Assembly (NCBI RefSeq): GCF_001194135.2
Contig: NC_068982.1
Coordinates: 98,780,410 to 98,844,409, forward strand
Reading direction: 5' to 3'
Source of the DNA: Octopus bimaculoides
Taxonomy: Eukaryota
DNA length: 64,000 nucleotides
Shown here: piece after piece, positions 1-12,550 of the stretch
Position numbering within the stretch: the first letter of the stretch is position 1
Layout of the letters: every line of letters starts with the position of its first letter
The notes under the pieces: generated by a model
Database searches by the model: none
What the model was told of the DNA's origin: nothing
Seen by the model: the letters and a program-made list of their open reading frames with translations, nothing else
Program-made: the position numbers and the translations under genes

Positions 1-266
1 AGATATGTTGTACTTGAGCTGATTGTAAAACCATGTTGTACATTCTCCCATGCATTACATGGCTATCTAGAGCATATGGTAGTTATCAAGACGCATTACA
101 CCAGTTTTATGACCATTCTGTTCTTGTATTACTGGAACCATATGTGGTTGTTGTAGTGGAGAAGAGTAAGACAGACTTGATCATTATACAAGAGTTTCTT
201 GATTTCTTGAGATTCACTGAATATCTTTAACAACCCTACATAGATTGTGCAGCAAACAGCTATAGA

Positions 267-720
267 GATCATCATCATCATCATCGTTTAACGTCTGCTT
301 TCCATGCTAGCATGGGTTGGACGATTTGACTGAGGACTGGTGAAACCGGATGGCAACACCAGCCTCCAATCTGATTTGGTAGAGTTTCTACATCTGGATG
401 CCCTTCCTAACGCCAACCACTCAGAGAGTGTAGTGGGTGCTTTTACGTGTCACTCGCACGAAGGCCAGTCAGGCGGTACTGGCAACAGCCATGCTCAAAA
501 TGGTGTATTTTATGTGCCACCCGCACAAGAGCCAGTCCAGGGGCACTGGCAATGATCTCGCTCGAAAATCCTACGAAGGCCAGTCAGGCGGTACTGGCAA
601 CGGTCACACTCAAAATGGTGTATTTTATGTGCCACCCGCACAAGAGCCAGTCCAGGGGCACTGGCAACGATCTCGCTTGAAAATCCTACGAAGGCCAGTC
701 AGGCGGTACTGGCAACGGCT
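267..720 (-). mobile_element. SINE family B copy ((GAT)n tail) with an internal 115-bp tandem array
   Basis: Starts with (ATC)n followed by gtttaacgtctgctttccatgctagcatggg and ctggatgcccttcctaacgccaaccac, the reverse complement of copies at 6650, 14129 and 17630. The unit acgaaggccagtc recurs at 458, 573 and 688. Confidence 0.85.
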
Positions 721-1202
721 ATGGGAATTCTGGTGAGTAGGAACAAATGACATGTGATGACTGCAATGGCCACTGCTAAGGAAAAAGAAGAAAGAAAGGA
801 CAAGAGAGCAGGGCTTAGGAGGTGAGTCTTCACAAATGAAATGACTAAAAGATAAGAGATGAACCAAGAGAGTTATTTTTGAAAATCTAATCAAATAAAA
901 CTGGCAATAGGGTCAGTCTAATATTAACAATAATGACAGTATCAACAATGACACAGCCACTATGGTAATAACTACAATGACACTACGGACAAAAAAATTT
1001 CCAATGGCATGATCTGATGTTAAATCATCGTAGCAATAGCACTGGCAGTGATGATATCAATGAGCCAGTACCATCATTTTGAATCAGTAAGGTTCACCAA
1101 TATGCAAGGTAAAAACAAAACAATGTAACGAGGCAATAGACTAGTTAAATACAAATGGAACTTTTATAAATACATTAAGTAATAATGGCATTCTAGATAT
1201 CC

Positions 1203-1430
1203 TTAACCCTTTAGCATTCAAATTAATATGTCAAAAGTAATCCTTATTCATTTACATTTTTAAAAATTAATCTGGTATTATGTTGTAGCTTCAAGAGTTG
1301 AAAGATGTTATTGTTTATTTTTAGAATGACATTGCAGGGTAGGTGTGAGATACTGGTTCTGGCCAGTTTGAGCATAAAATGAGTAGAATATTCGGGCCGG
1401 ATATAGCCGGTTTAAACACAAAAGGGTTAA
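1203..1430. mobile_element. piggyBac-like MITE (TTAA...CCC/GGG ends)
   Basis: TTAAccctttagc at 1203 and aaagggTTAA ending at 1430. Related copies at about 7825-8047 and, in reverse, 38246-38451. Confidence 0.7.
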
Positions 1431-1845
1431 ATGCAACAGCAGATGTCATTAATGAATGAGATGTAAGCAGTAAAGTTAGTCATGAAGACTGGGACCTCTT
1501 CAGCAAAACAAAACTGTGGAGGTTAGATAAATGAAGATAACAATAAAAAAGATTATGACATTGAAATTGATAACAGTAATGGTGATGATAGATGATGATA
1601 ATGATGATGATTATTATACAGTGCAGTTTCCATCATATAACATCTACCACTGAATTAAACAAAACTCTATAATTAGGTCACAGAAAGAAAGTGAAAGGTC
1701 ATAATATTCCATAGAAAAGGAACATTTAAATATCAGTATCATTATAGTGCAGACATGAAAGCTCTATTAATGGAAAATGTATGGAGCTGAAGGTTTCCAC
1801 TTCAAAAACTGACACAAATAAAAGACTAATATCTGAAAAACTTAC

Positions 1846-1930
1846 CCATCAACATGACACCAAATACCATTATTATTACAAATTTGCCAGAGTTTAATCA
1901 ACTCATCAACCTGCCCTGTAAGAGGGGTAC
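1846..1930 (-). CDS. PDXDC1: PDXDC1 coding exon (85 nt, phase 1->2); gene continues beyond the left edge
   Basis: ttctctttaactAG|GT ACC...GAT GG|GTaag. Encodes TPLTGQVDELIKLWQICNNNGIWCHVD(G), compared with human TAAVGHTDKIGRLKELCEQYGIWLHVEG. Carries the group II decarboxylase WxHVD motif. Confidence 0.95.
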
Positions 1931-2804
1931 CTAGTTAAAGAGAACAAACATAGCACTTGTAAATATAACACCGCTAATTCATGTATTTAAAGCATGTACT
2001 GAAACCCAAAGCAAAGTTAGTGTTCGAGATTACTTCAGGATGCTTTGCTAAAAATATCAGCACCACTCCCACTTTATTACTGAGTAGTTAAGGATAAAAA
2101 GCATTTAGTTTATGAGAAAATATTTTTTCCAGCATTTCATATACAAAATGTCACTGCGAAAAAAGGATACATTTCACTCATACTAACATAGTAGTTATCT
2201 AACTAAACAGGGTTTGCTTTACTTTACATTTTTATAGCCATATGTTTAATGCTTCTCAAATGAGTATTTTACACTTGCATATCTTTTCTTATCAGCAATA
2301 AAGTGAAGGTGGTTTACACTGTGATCAAAGGAAATGTGTAAAATGGGATAATGATAACTCTGCCTAAAAATAAAGTAAGAAAATAAGGTTTCTGATGCCA
2401 TGGAAACCAATGTGATTTGTATATGTGCCTTACAGTGGCATCTGTACAACAGACACTGAATATAAATCCATTATTAAGAAATTTGAGTATTGTTGTCGGT
2501 CTAGTAAAAGTTAAAACTTTATAAATTTTGAAACAAAAATGTACTTACTTTCATGCAAAAAGCTAACTTTTTAATTTCTTATGTTTTTATCTTAAACTAA
2601 AAAATTTCAAGTCTTGAAACATTTTCAGTGTGAAAAATGCAAACATGACATAGTTATAATTTCAACTAGTTTAAAATGACATAATAAAATTGTAAATCAT
2701 GTTAATTTCTACATGTTACTAACTAACTCTAGTTAGTTTTAGTACTCATTTAAAAATGAAAATAGTTAAAAATGAATAATATAATTAAATAAACTATTAC
2801 CTAC

Positions 2805-2883
2805 CAGCATAAGCAACCAAAAGAACTGGCGTTTTGGCTGCAGCAATATCATCTTTAATCAGCTTTTCAAAAATAGTCACATC
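2805..2883 (-). CDS. PDXDC1: PDXDC1 coding exon (79 nt, phase 0->1)
   Basis: AG|GAT GTG...GCT G|GTaggt. Encodes DVTIFEKLIKDDIAAAKTPVLLVAYA(G), compared with human DVAFLEKLIKDDIERGRLPLLLVANAG. Confidence 0.95.
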
Positions 2884-3782
2884 CTTCATGGATTAATATA
2901 AGAGAATAAAAAAAATAAAGGAGAATTGTGAGCATACCAGTAACAAAAAATATATATTTGGGAAGAGAATGGTGCAATATCACATTATCAGAAATTGATA
3001 ATAGATGAAGATACACAGCAAAGTAAATCTAAAGACAAATTTGAGATAAAGAAGTCAAATCAGATTTTAGAAAGCTGGCTACTTCACTCAAAAAGAGAGC
3101 TATGATAAGATGAATCTGGTGAGTTAAAAAGCTGAACAGAAAACCATTGCTCAAATTAAAAAGTTGGTCTGTTCAATATGAAGGAGGTTATCAGCTGAAG
3201 AAATTTATTTGCTGTGATATTAACAGAGCATGAATGAGGATAGTTTAACTGAAAAAATATTCGGTTTTCATTTCAAGTAGATGGTATATGCTCACAGAGA
3301 AAAATCAAAGTTAAATAAAAAAAAAAAACATTGGAGACCTTCAATAATAGACTGAGATGAATGAAGAAGATACAGCTGTGTTGACTATATTTTGCTGAAG
3401 TCATTAAGCACAGGAGCTTTGCAGTAATGGTTGATTATAACAATAATGAACAGTAATAGAATTAGAGAGGTTGTTATACAAGACCAGCCCAACCTATTAC
3501 ATCTTAGTGAAAGCGGATATCAAGGGACAGTGAGAATCAGTCAACACAAGTAACTGCAACCAAGAGTCCTAACTTTTGAGCTGTTCCACAACCCTTTACA
3601 AATTATTTCACATATTTCAAAAGATTCAAAGAAAGTACCAGAGAGTACCAATCTGACACTCCATCACTATAATTATCATTTTCCTAAAACAATGGTTCAA
3701 AAGCTCTATAATTATTATTATTTTCATTTGTAATTCGCAGTAAACCAAAACTAAAATTAACATTTTTTATCTGACGAGCTAT

Positions 3783-4040
3783 GCATCATCATCATCATCG
3801 TTTAACGTCCGCTTTCCATGCTAGCATGGGTTGGACGATTGGCGGGCTGGTGAAACCAGATGGCTGCACAAGGCTCCAGTCTGATTTGGCAGAGTTTCTA
3901 CAGCTGGATGCCCTTCCTAACACCAACCACTCCGAGAGTGTAGTGGGTGCTTTTACGTGCCACCGGCACAAAGGCCAGTCAGGAGGTACTGGCAACGGCC
4001 ACGCTCGAAATGGTGTATTTTGATGTGCCACCCGCACAAA
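3783..4040 (-). mobile_element. SINE family B copy
   Basis: Same body and (ATC)n tail as 267-720. Confidence 0.85.
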
Positions 4041-4939
4041 TTCCAAGATATGTCAGTATTTTCTTAGCAAGATAAATTCATAAGAACTTCAAATATTATA
4101 CCTTTTTATAATCAAATAACTATGCTCATAAGATTTAATGAACATTACATGTGCATAGTTACCCCTAACCTGGAAACAAAGACAAAACTTCACTTCTCCT
4201 TAACATAAACTGATTTTGATAAATTAAATCTTAAATTCTAGAAATTATCTACCCTCTTCGTTTGGAAGTTACTAACAACTGTCATAAGGTTTTTGCTTTC
4301 TTTCTCTAAAGGAGAAATTTCAATTAATAAAAAAAACTTTCCAGATATGACATTCAGTATAGCATCTCTTATCTTTGTCCAATTTCATACTATTACCCTA
4401 TTTGAGTTACTTCCCTTAGCCCCTTTTAGAAATAATGCAAATCACTAATGACCAAAAATTATTTGCAACTATTTTTCTATACGTAAAAACCTTTATCAGC
4501 TGATGATCATGCACACCTGGCTAGACTAAACTGAAGAGATCTGAGAGACCAAATCATGTCTATTGTTGTCCCTTATCTGCAAAGATCAGACTTTCCTGCC
4601 ACAAATTAAGTAAATTAACTTCAGAGACTAATTCTTAATTTCTTCTAAATTGTTTCCATCTATCTTTTGAGAATCCAAGCAATTCTTACTAGGGTTGTTT
4701 TCTTTCTCCAGTGAAGATAGATGCACCTGATACATCAACCCTAAACAAATTTAAACACTATAAAAATTGGTTATAGTGATATTAGTAAAAATTTATGCAA
4801 GATGTATTTCAATTTACAAAAATAAAAGTGAGAAAAAAAGAGAAACAAAAGTAATAAAAAGAAGGAAATAGGGGTATGGAGTGAAAGGAAGAAGTGACAA
4901 CATTAAATAAAGAAATGAAGCAAAAGAAATATATCTTAC

Positions 4940-5008
4940 CATTTTACTGTTAGCTCCAGAGACAGAGTTACAAGGAACTGTACTGATACAGGATATAGGC
5001 AGACCAAG
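4940..5008 (-). CDS. PDXDC1: PDXDC1 coding exon (69 nt, phase 0->0)
   Basis: cttacctgttcAG|CTT GGT...AAA ATG|GTaaga. Encodes LGLPISCISTVPCNSVSGANSKM, compared with human LGLPFPCLCRVPCNTVFGSQHQM. Confidence 0.95.
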
Positions 5009-5499
5009 CTGAACAGGTAAGAATAAAAATAAAAAGGGAATAAAAGTATTCTGATGTCACAATACCTAAGTTTAGTAATTAATAGTTTCTAACACTGGTA
5101 TAAGGCCACACATTTGCAGGGGAAAGGAACATCAAAGTGTAATGATTACAACAATTACACTACATGAGCAGCAATCTATGAAGCATGGAGATATGAATGG
5201 GAAAACAACAGACTTTAGTAGGATATGAACTAAGAATACAGTTGTCACTTGTAAGCAAGTATGATTTGATAGCATGTGCCATTGTTTTTTAAGTGTCTTT
5301 GTAGTTAAAACAATGGCACATGCTATCAAATCATACTTGCTTGCAAGTGACAACTGTGGCTTTCAATATGGTTAAGGACACTAAGTGATTTACTAAGTAA
5401 ACATATACAGATATGTAGTTATAAGCAGACACATACACGCTCTCAGCCCCACCCATCTTTGACCCAGCAGAACATGAAAGACAGCACAGCTAGGAGACA

Positions 5500-5930
5500 G
5501 GGCTACACCAGTACTAGGCTTATATTCATTTTCAGCTGAATGTAATGAAGTATCTTACTCAAGGGTTACAACATGCCACCCAGGAACTGAATCACTGATC
5601 TAATGGTAGAGAATCCAACAACCCAACCATTAGGCCACATGCATTCATATTCTGGCAGATTTGTTTAGTTAGATTGTTTCTATTTTATCAAAACATCCAG
5701 TGTCATAAATTTATACAGAGTTTATACATAGTGAGACTGATTTGCAGAATAAATTTATTGGCAAATTTTTTTCTGTCTATTTCTCTTCACTCAAACACCA
5801 TCAACTCAATACCTAACATCAGTCTTGCCATATAAAAAAGTTACTCAAGTCATACTAAGGGCCAGTTTCCTGGTTTCATAGCACATATATTCTCCACCTG
5901 GATGGGATGCCAGTCCATCACATGGGTGTA
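5500..5930. mobile_element. Degenerate SINE fragments of a fourth family
   Basis: cattttcagctgaatg...aagtatcttactcaaggg...aaccattaggccacat and ggccagtttcctggtttc...ggatgggatgccagtccatc resemble common mollusc SINE blocks. Recognised from recall only. Confidence 0.4.
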
Positions 5931-6649
5931 ACATCTCCACAGATATTCACTCAACTATGTCTATACTCAGGAAGAAATATCATCAACAGCTGCTGACCTG
6001 AATTTTCAACTTGCAGCCACTGATATTTTAAAGGCCAATGAGAATTCTGTTGCTCTAGCTATCACTGACTGTGGATCTCAGATCAAACTGTTGTTGTTAA
6101 TAAAGCAGACATTGCTAAGTTTTGAGAGTTTGGGTTTCATAGTTTTAACATAGACATTTCTACACTTGCATGGATCAAAATGAAATTCCTTGAGGCAGAT
6201 TTTCTACTGCTGGATGATCTTCTTGTCAACAACACTCACCTATTTCCAAGCAAGGTTTCCCTAAGCCATTGAACATAAAACAATACAAAGGCCAGAAATG
6301 TTTTTCATGCAAGACTGCAAACAACAACACTTGTATTGTTTGTTTACAATTAGTGCACAAGGAGAGAGACACACACATTATATATATCATTTTATTATCT
6401 TTATCTTATGATATTTACTTTGTATTATATTATACTTATTTATCGTGCTTTTACTAATTAATTTTTCTATATGTGACTGTGGATTTTCATGGATTAGTTC
6501 ATGAACTTTGGTTCTTTTTTCTAAAACTATATATTTATATATTATATACTGTGAAACTTAATTTAATTTTAATTTTTAATAAATTGAATTTAATTGAGTT
6601 TTTACCTGTAAATTTGGATTTTTATCCCTAATATTATTATTATTATTAT

Positions 6650-6793
6650 AGTGGTTGGCGTTAGGAAGGGCATCCAGCTGTAGAAACTCTGCCAAATCAG
6701 ATTGGAGCCTGGTGTAGCCATCTGGTTTCACCAGTCCTCAGTCAAATCGTCCAACCCATGCTAGCATGGAAAGCGGACGTTAAATGACGACGA
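6650..6793 (+). mobile_element. SINE family B copy, 5'-truncated
   Basis: gtggttggcgttaggaagggcatccagctgtagaaactctgcc...gcggacgttaaatgacgacga. Confidence 0.85.
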
Positions 6794-7103
6794 TATATAT
6801 ATATATATATATATATTCACACATATGGCTCTGTGGTAAAGAAACTTGCTTCCCAACTACATGGTTTCAGGTTCAATCTCACTGGAGTTATATCAGAAAA
6901 TACTTGCAAATGTTTCTTATTACAATCCCAAACAAACCAAAGTTTTGTGAATGGATTTGGTAGATAGAAATGGAAAGAAATCCATTGTGTGTGTGTGTAT
7001 GTAATTGTATATGCCCTTGTGTTTGTTCATTCTCTCTCTCTCTCTCTCTCCTGCTACTAATGAAGCTGTAAGTTGTGACCAAACTAGTATAGCAACAACT
7101 GAC

Positions 7104-7293
7104 CTGCATACACAAACTTTGTCCAAGGCTTGCAGGAGCAGCAGCACTAAAATAAATCACTGGTGGACGTGAGTACAAGGCCTCAAAACCCTCCGTACTG
7201 TATTTAGGATATTTCTGATGTAAAGCCAATTTACAAGCCTTCACTAAGCCATCATATTCTTCCTTGTGATAGTAAGCAGAAGCATCAGGAAAT
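7104..7293 (-). CDS. PDXDC1: PDXDC1 coding exon (190 nt, phase 2->0)
   Basis: tttctAG|A TTT CCT...ATG CAG|GTcagt. Encodes FPDASAYYHKEEYDGLVKACKLALHQKYPKYSTEGFEALYSRPPVIYFSAAAPASLGQSLCMQ, compared with human CAYFHEEEREGLAKICRLAIHSRYEDFVVDGFNVLYNKKPVIYLSAAARPGLGQYLCNQ. Confidence 0.95.
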
Positions 7294-7824
7294 CTAGAAA
7301 TAAATAAAAAAAAACTGTGTAAAGATATTTTACACACACACAAAATACATACAAATACATGCAACCTGTCCAATACATGCCAGCATGAAAATCAAACGCA
7401 TGATGATAGTGGTACATTATATTTAAACATATTCATGCACAAACACACACACACAAACATATACATATTCCTTTTATTTGAAGTTATGGCTCTTCAACAT
7501 CATTATGAATTTTGCATTTCTGTCAAAAGCAAAAACTCAAGGGTAACAAATGAGAGAACTGCAGTTTCAAATAAATGAATAAAGTCTGCAATATATATTG
7601 AATATTTTTCAGTCGGTTGTAAATTCAGACATATATCATCTTCATGATCATTTTACATTCATTTTTCCATGCTTGAATGGGTAACATAGATCTTCTCTAG
7701 TAGACTGATAATAATAACAAAGGCAGGATTCTTACTGAGAATTGAACCCTCAGCATTGCCTACCTGCACACTGAAATCTTTGCTGACAGTCCCTATACAT
7801 TATTTGCACAGCTTTCACATGTCA

Positions 7825-8047
7825 TTAATCCTTTAGTATTCAGATTACTGTCAAATATAATGCTTATTTATTCAATTGCTTTGTATTAATCATGCATTAT
7901 CTCATAGCTTTGAGATTTTGATCATGTGATTGTTTATTTTTTAATGGCATTGTAGGGTAGGTGCGAGATGCCAGATTTAGCCAGTTTCAACAAAAACAGA
8001 TAGAATATTTTGGCTTGATATGGCCAGTTTAAAAGCTAAAGAGTTAA
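7825..8047. mobile_element. piggyBac-like MITE, second copy
   Basis: TTAAtcctttagtattcaga...aaagctaaagagTTAA; internal sequence collinear with 1203-1430. Confidence 0.65.
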
Positions 8048-8632
8048 TCCACACACTGTTTTCTTAGCAGCTACCAGAATATAGAGTGTGGTACCATGTC
8101 AGATAACTTTAGGTCAACAAATAGGCTATGTAGAGTGATTTACTCTCACTAAAAAATTATTTATTTGAATGGCAAGAAAGAGTACCCCAAAACTTTAGCT
8201 AAATTTTCTTTCAAATCATTTGTTCTATAATTCTGTTATTTTCATTACCTGGTCCATCAATTTGATGTCTCTATAATTGTTTCTCTCTGGTGCATCTCCT
8301 CTGCCCTTGTAGCAACTGATGATGGTATTACAATACCATTCACTGAAAATTATCTCTTCCTATACTACCCTATAGACTGTATAAGTGACTAAAACATGTC
8401 CAACTTTGTCCTACTACTCACCTCCTTCTCAACACATGTTACTTTGCATTTCTTTGAATTTATGTCCAGCCAAATTATCTTTCTGCTTCCATACCTTCCT
8501 TTTCCAAATGTTCATGGGTCTCTTGGTTCCATCTAGCTCTTACTTTGATGTCACTAGTCGTCAGTCTACATTAATTGATACCTTCTACACTAGTAAAAGA
8601 TTTACACAATCTATTAAACTAATTTTTTCAAA

Positions 8633-9420
8633 TACTCTTTACTCTTTTACATGTTTCAGTCATTTGGCTGTGGCCATGCTGGAGCACCGCCTTTAGTCGA
8701 GCATATCGACCCCAGGACTTATTCTTTGTAAGCCTAGTACTTACTCTATCGGTCTCTTTTTGCCAAACCACTAAGTTACGGGGACGTAAACACACCGGCA
8801 TCGGTTGTCAAGCGATGGTGGGGGGACAAACACAGACACACAAACGTACATATATATATATATATATATATATATGGCTGTGTGGTAAGTAGCTTGCTTA
8901 CCAACCACATGGTTCCGGGTTCAGTCCCACTGCGTGGCACTTTGGGCAAGTGTCTTCTACTATAGCCTCAGGCCGACCAAAGCCTTGTGAGTGGATTTGG
9001 TAGACAACTAAANNNNNNNNNNNNNNNNNNNNNNNNNNNNNNNNNNNNNNNNNNNNNNNNNNNNNNNNNNNNNNNNNNNNGATGCTGGTGTGTTTACGTC
9101 CCCGTAACTTAGCAGTTCGGCAAAAAGAGACCGATAGAATAAGTACTAGGCTTACAAAGAATAAGTCCTGGGGTCGATTTCCTCGACTGAAGGTGGTGCT
9201 CCAGCATGGCCGCAGTCAAATGACTGAAACAAGTAAAAGAGTAAAAGAGTATATATACGACGGGCTTCTTTCAGTTTCCGTCTACCAAATCCACTCACAA
9301 GGCTTTGGTCAGCCCGAGGCTATAGTAGAAGACACTTGCCCAAGGTGCCACGCAGTGGGACTGAACCCGGAACCATGTGGTTGGTAAGCAAGCTACTTAC
9401 CACACAGCCACTCCTGCGCC
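8633..9420. mobile_element. Nested pair of tRNA-derived SINE family A copies (outer minus, inner plus)
   Basis: Order on the + strand: body in reverse (8633-8843), (TA)n, head forward (8876-9009), gap, body forward with (TAAAAGAG)n tail (9081-9250), head in reverse (9258-9420). Confidence 0.8.
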
Positions 9421-9531
9421 TATTTTCTTTTTTTTTTTTTTCTTTCACCAGTCATCTGGTTAACTTTCATTTCATTTTATTTGCAATTATTTCGTCTGAA
9501 AGAAAAGAAGAACAGATGAAACTTTACATAC

Positions 9532-9687
9532 TTGAATAAGCGGGTCAGCATAAACTGGCAGTCAGATAAAATCTTGGAAGAGATGGTTTTGATATGACTT
9601 TCACTTAGGGTTGATACATAAGCAGCCAAACAATGACCAATCAATGAGGCATGACTAATGGCATCCAATGTAGGTAGGTTGGAGGAC
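9532..9687 (-). CDS. PDXDC1: PDXDC1 coding exon (156 nt, phase 2->2)
   Basis: tttatttccttAG|G TCC...TTC AA|GTatgt. Encodes SSNLPTLDAISHASLIGHCLAAYVSTLSESHIKTISSKILSDCQFMLTRLF(K), compared with human LLGHSLGAYISTLDKEKLRKLTTRILSDTTLWLCRIFR. Confidence 0.92.
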
Positions 9688-11314
9688 CTAAGGAAATAAA
9701 AAGAGAATAACAGATGATCATTGTTAGGAAATTTAGTGTTCAATATTAACTTCTAAATATATTTTAAAATTAAGCTATTGAGTTTACTTTTGTTTCAGTT
9801 AATTTTGAAAATAATGAAAAAGTTAGTAGACTTTGTCACTGTTAAACTGGTCTTTTGGAACATAAATTATATGGAACTTTTGATTTTAACTGAGATCACT
9901 TTAAAACAAGAAGTTTATATTGTAGAACCAGGAGGGGTTTCAAGAGTGCTTATAAAAAAAAGGGGTTAAAGCAGTATACAAAAGTAAAATTCAAAAGTCC
10001 AACCTAGGAAAGTTTGTTTAAACAGCTTTAACAGAACATGTTCTGAAACTGGAAGGATACAACATATATATCTCTGATTTTGTGAAGTAGGCCACATTTT
10101 TATGAGTCATGTCAGAATTGGTAAAACATGACAAAATACCAAATGATATTTATTTGCATCTCTTTACATTTTGCTTCAAATCCTATGCAGGTCAACCCTG
10201 GCTTGCATCCTTGTGAAATTAACTAAATAACTACCATCCAAGTACTGGAAGGGAGTTTGATATAATCAATTATACCCTTGAAAGCAGTATGAAAACCTAG
10301 CCAGTCTAATAATTGGAATTAACAAAAGAACATACTCACAGCATATTTAGGCTTACTATACAACAAAAGATTAAAGCCCAAATTGAGACAAAAGGTTAGA
10401 TGGCTATAGAGCAATATGGTTTCACAAGAAACATCATACATTCATTTGCCAGGTGCTATATAACCAGTCATATGGTTTATCTAGTGGTATACTGCCACTA
10501 CTAAAGAATAAGTGGTGAGTAATAGGCACTGGTACAGTGACCAAAATTAATTAAGAAAGATACTGTACTAGTTAGGGTCAGAGATGATGACAGATGATAA
10601 AAATGTACATTGTTTCTAAAATAATATAAAATTTCCACTCTACTAAATTCTTGTCATATTTTCTTTGTTCTAAACAATGTTTGGATAGGTTCATTCTCAA
10701 AACTGATTTAAAGTCCATTTTCTACACACATGCACACACATATATATAAATCTTGTAGTATGCTATGCAAAGCTCATCCATGGTTACTGGCTACCAAATG
10801 TCATCATAGAGAGGGAATGCTCTTGTTACTGGATATACATCAGGGTTTTATAGTATCCATAGAGTTTATATAAATAGATGAATAATAGAAAATGGACTGA
10901 AATACATTATTTATTTATAATCACTACAATTGTTTCCACATGTCACTGTACAAAAATTGTACATTGGTGAGATTATTATAATCAATATATTGTATAATCA
11001 CTCTCATCCATCAAAGTTTGAAGATGTGATTCTTTAGGTGATTATTTTGAATATGTCCTTCATTAGATCAAACTGTTGTTTCACTCAATGACAGAATGAA
11101 CACCCAAATTAGTATGTTATTTTCAGTAATTTACAGACAAAACTAAACCCATAGGTATAGTAACAGACAAAATCTACTATAATAATACTCTTGTGTTTTT
11201 CTCCATCACAACATATGAATGAGAAAGGAAGGGGTGATAGCAAACTGGTGGGATGGTGAACATTCAACACTGAAAAAAGAATCAAACAGCGTTTCAACTC
11301 TGTGTGGGTATATA

Positions 11315-11316
<2 letters not shown>

Positions 11317-11410
<94 letters not shown>
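11317..11410. repeat. (TG)n microsatellite
   Basis: About 47 TG units. Other long tracts: (TA)n 11875, 15152, 59308, 63146; compound 21630-22260; (TG)n 25671, 27709; (GA)n 37125-37236; 43982-44096. Confidence 0.95.
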
Positions 11411-11411
<1 letters not shown>

Positions 11412-11870
11412 AAGTACAAGGGAAGTAGGTGAATGTATGTGAACATTGACAAGAGTATTAATTTGGTTTACCATGCACATTTATATATAAAATACTACAA
11501 TTAGCTGTCATTTTTGACAGTGCAGGGCCAGCTGTCACAATTATAACACAGAAACAAAGAAACAGACAAAAATGTATCTTTGTGGTCAGATTATAAGGAA
11601 GAATAAAATTAAGTATAAAGGAATAACATGATTAAGTGATGGAGGTTGACTATTTCTGTGGTTGAAGTGGATCTGAAGTACTGCCTTCCTGTTACAAAAC
11701 ATTTGACTCCATTCTACAATAGAATCAGCCTCTATATAAAGTTAATTTAAGACTATCCAGCTTTTTCTTTATCCATTTTTGAAACAATTAGCAAAATAAG
11801 TTAGGAGGTAAACTCTCTCCTGCTTACATACTTATTCTTCCATATACCTACAAACAAAGTAGTATATATA

Positions 11871-11913
<43 letters not shown>

Positions 11914-12550
11914 ATATATATTTACACATGCAAACATATATGCTTCTTACATACACTCTTACTATTTTTACCAATATCGATAATGTTGAGCTTAAAGTCT
12001 AACCAATATACAAGTAGCATGTATACACATACACACACACACATTTAAATATGCTCATATACTTCTTACAAACATACTATCTTTAAAACAGAAATACAAT
12101 ATAACAAAGTCAAATAAAAATAAAATATACACACATACATAAAATGAAATATACCCCCAAATATCTATTTATATATCCACACAAGTATTATATTTATATC
12201 AGTTGTTATCCTTATGTTATGTTGCATATGATAATTTCATATGCAACATGAAAGTATGTCTATTAAAGATCTTGTGGTACTTATTAGAGTTAGGAAAGTG
12301 CCCAAAATACAATTACAAAGTAAACTTCTTACCACTCACATACATACACAACATTATTTAGTGTGTATGTACTTGTCTGATTTAGCTCATGACTATATAG
12401 TGTATCAACTGGTTTAATAGTAAGTGGGTTTTTACTAACTTTATATTTAACCTCAAACAGCACTGGATGTTGATGAAGAGAGGTTAAAAAAAATGGGGGA
12501 GAACTATCCACACAATGCATTCAAAATATATTCAATTTCATCTTAAGAGT

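Noticed and set aside
1-230. Weak LINE RT-like QHGF stretch on the minus strand and a 65-aa plus ORF
   Set aside because: Only a 4-residue resemblance amid stops; not supportable.
340-894. Overlapping ORFs with repeated peptides (GQSGGTGN...)
   Set aside because: They are frames through the SINE B tandem modules; the same peptides recur at other SINE copies (3781, 14075, 27414).
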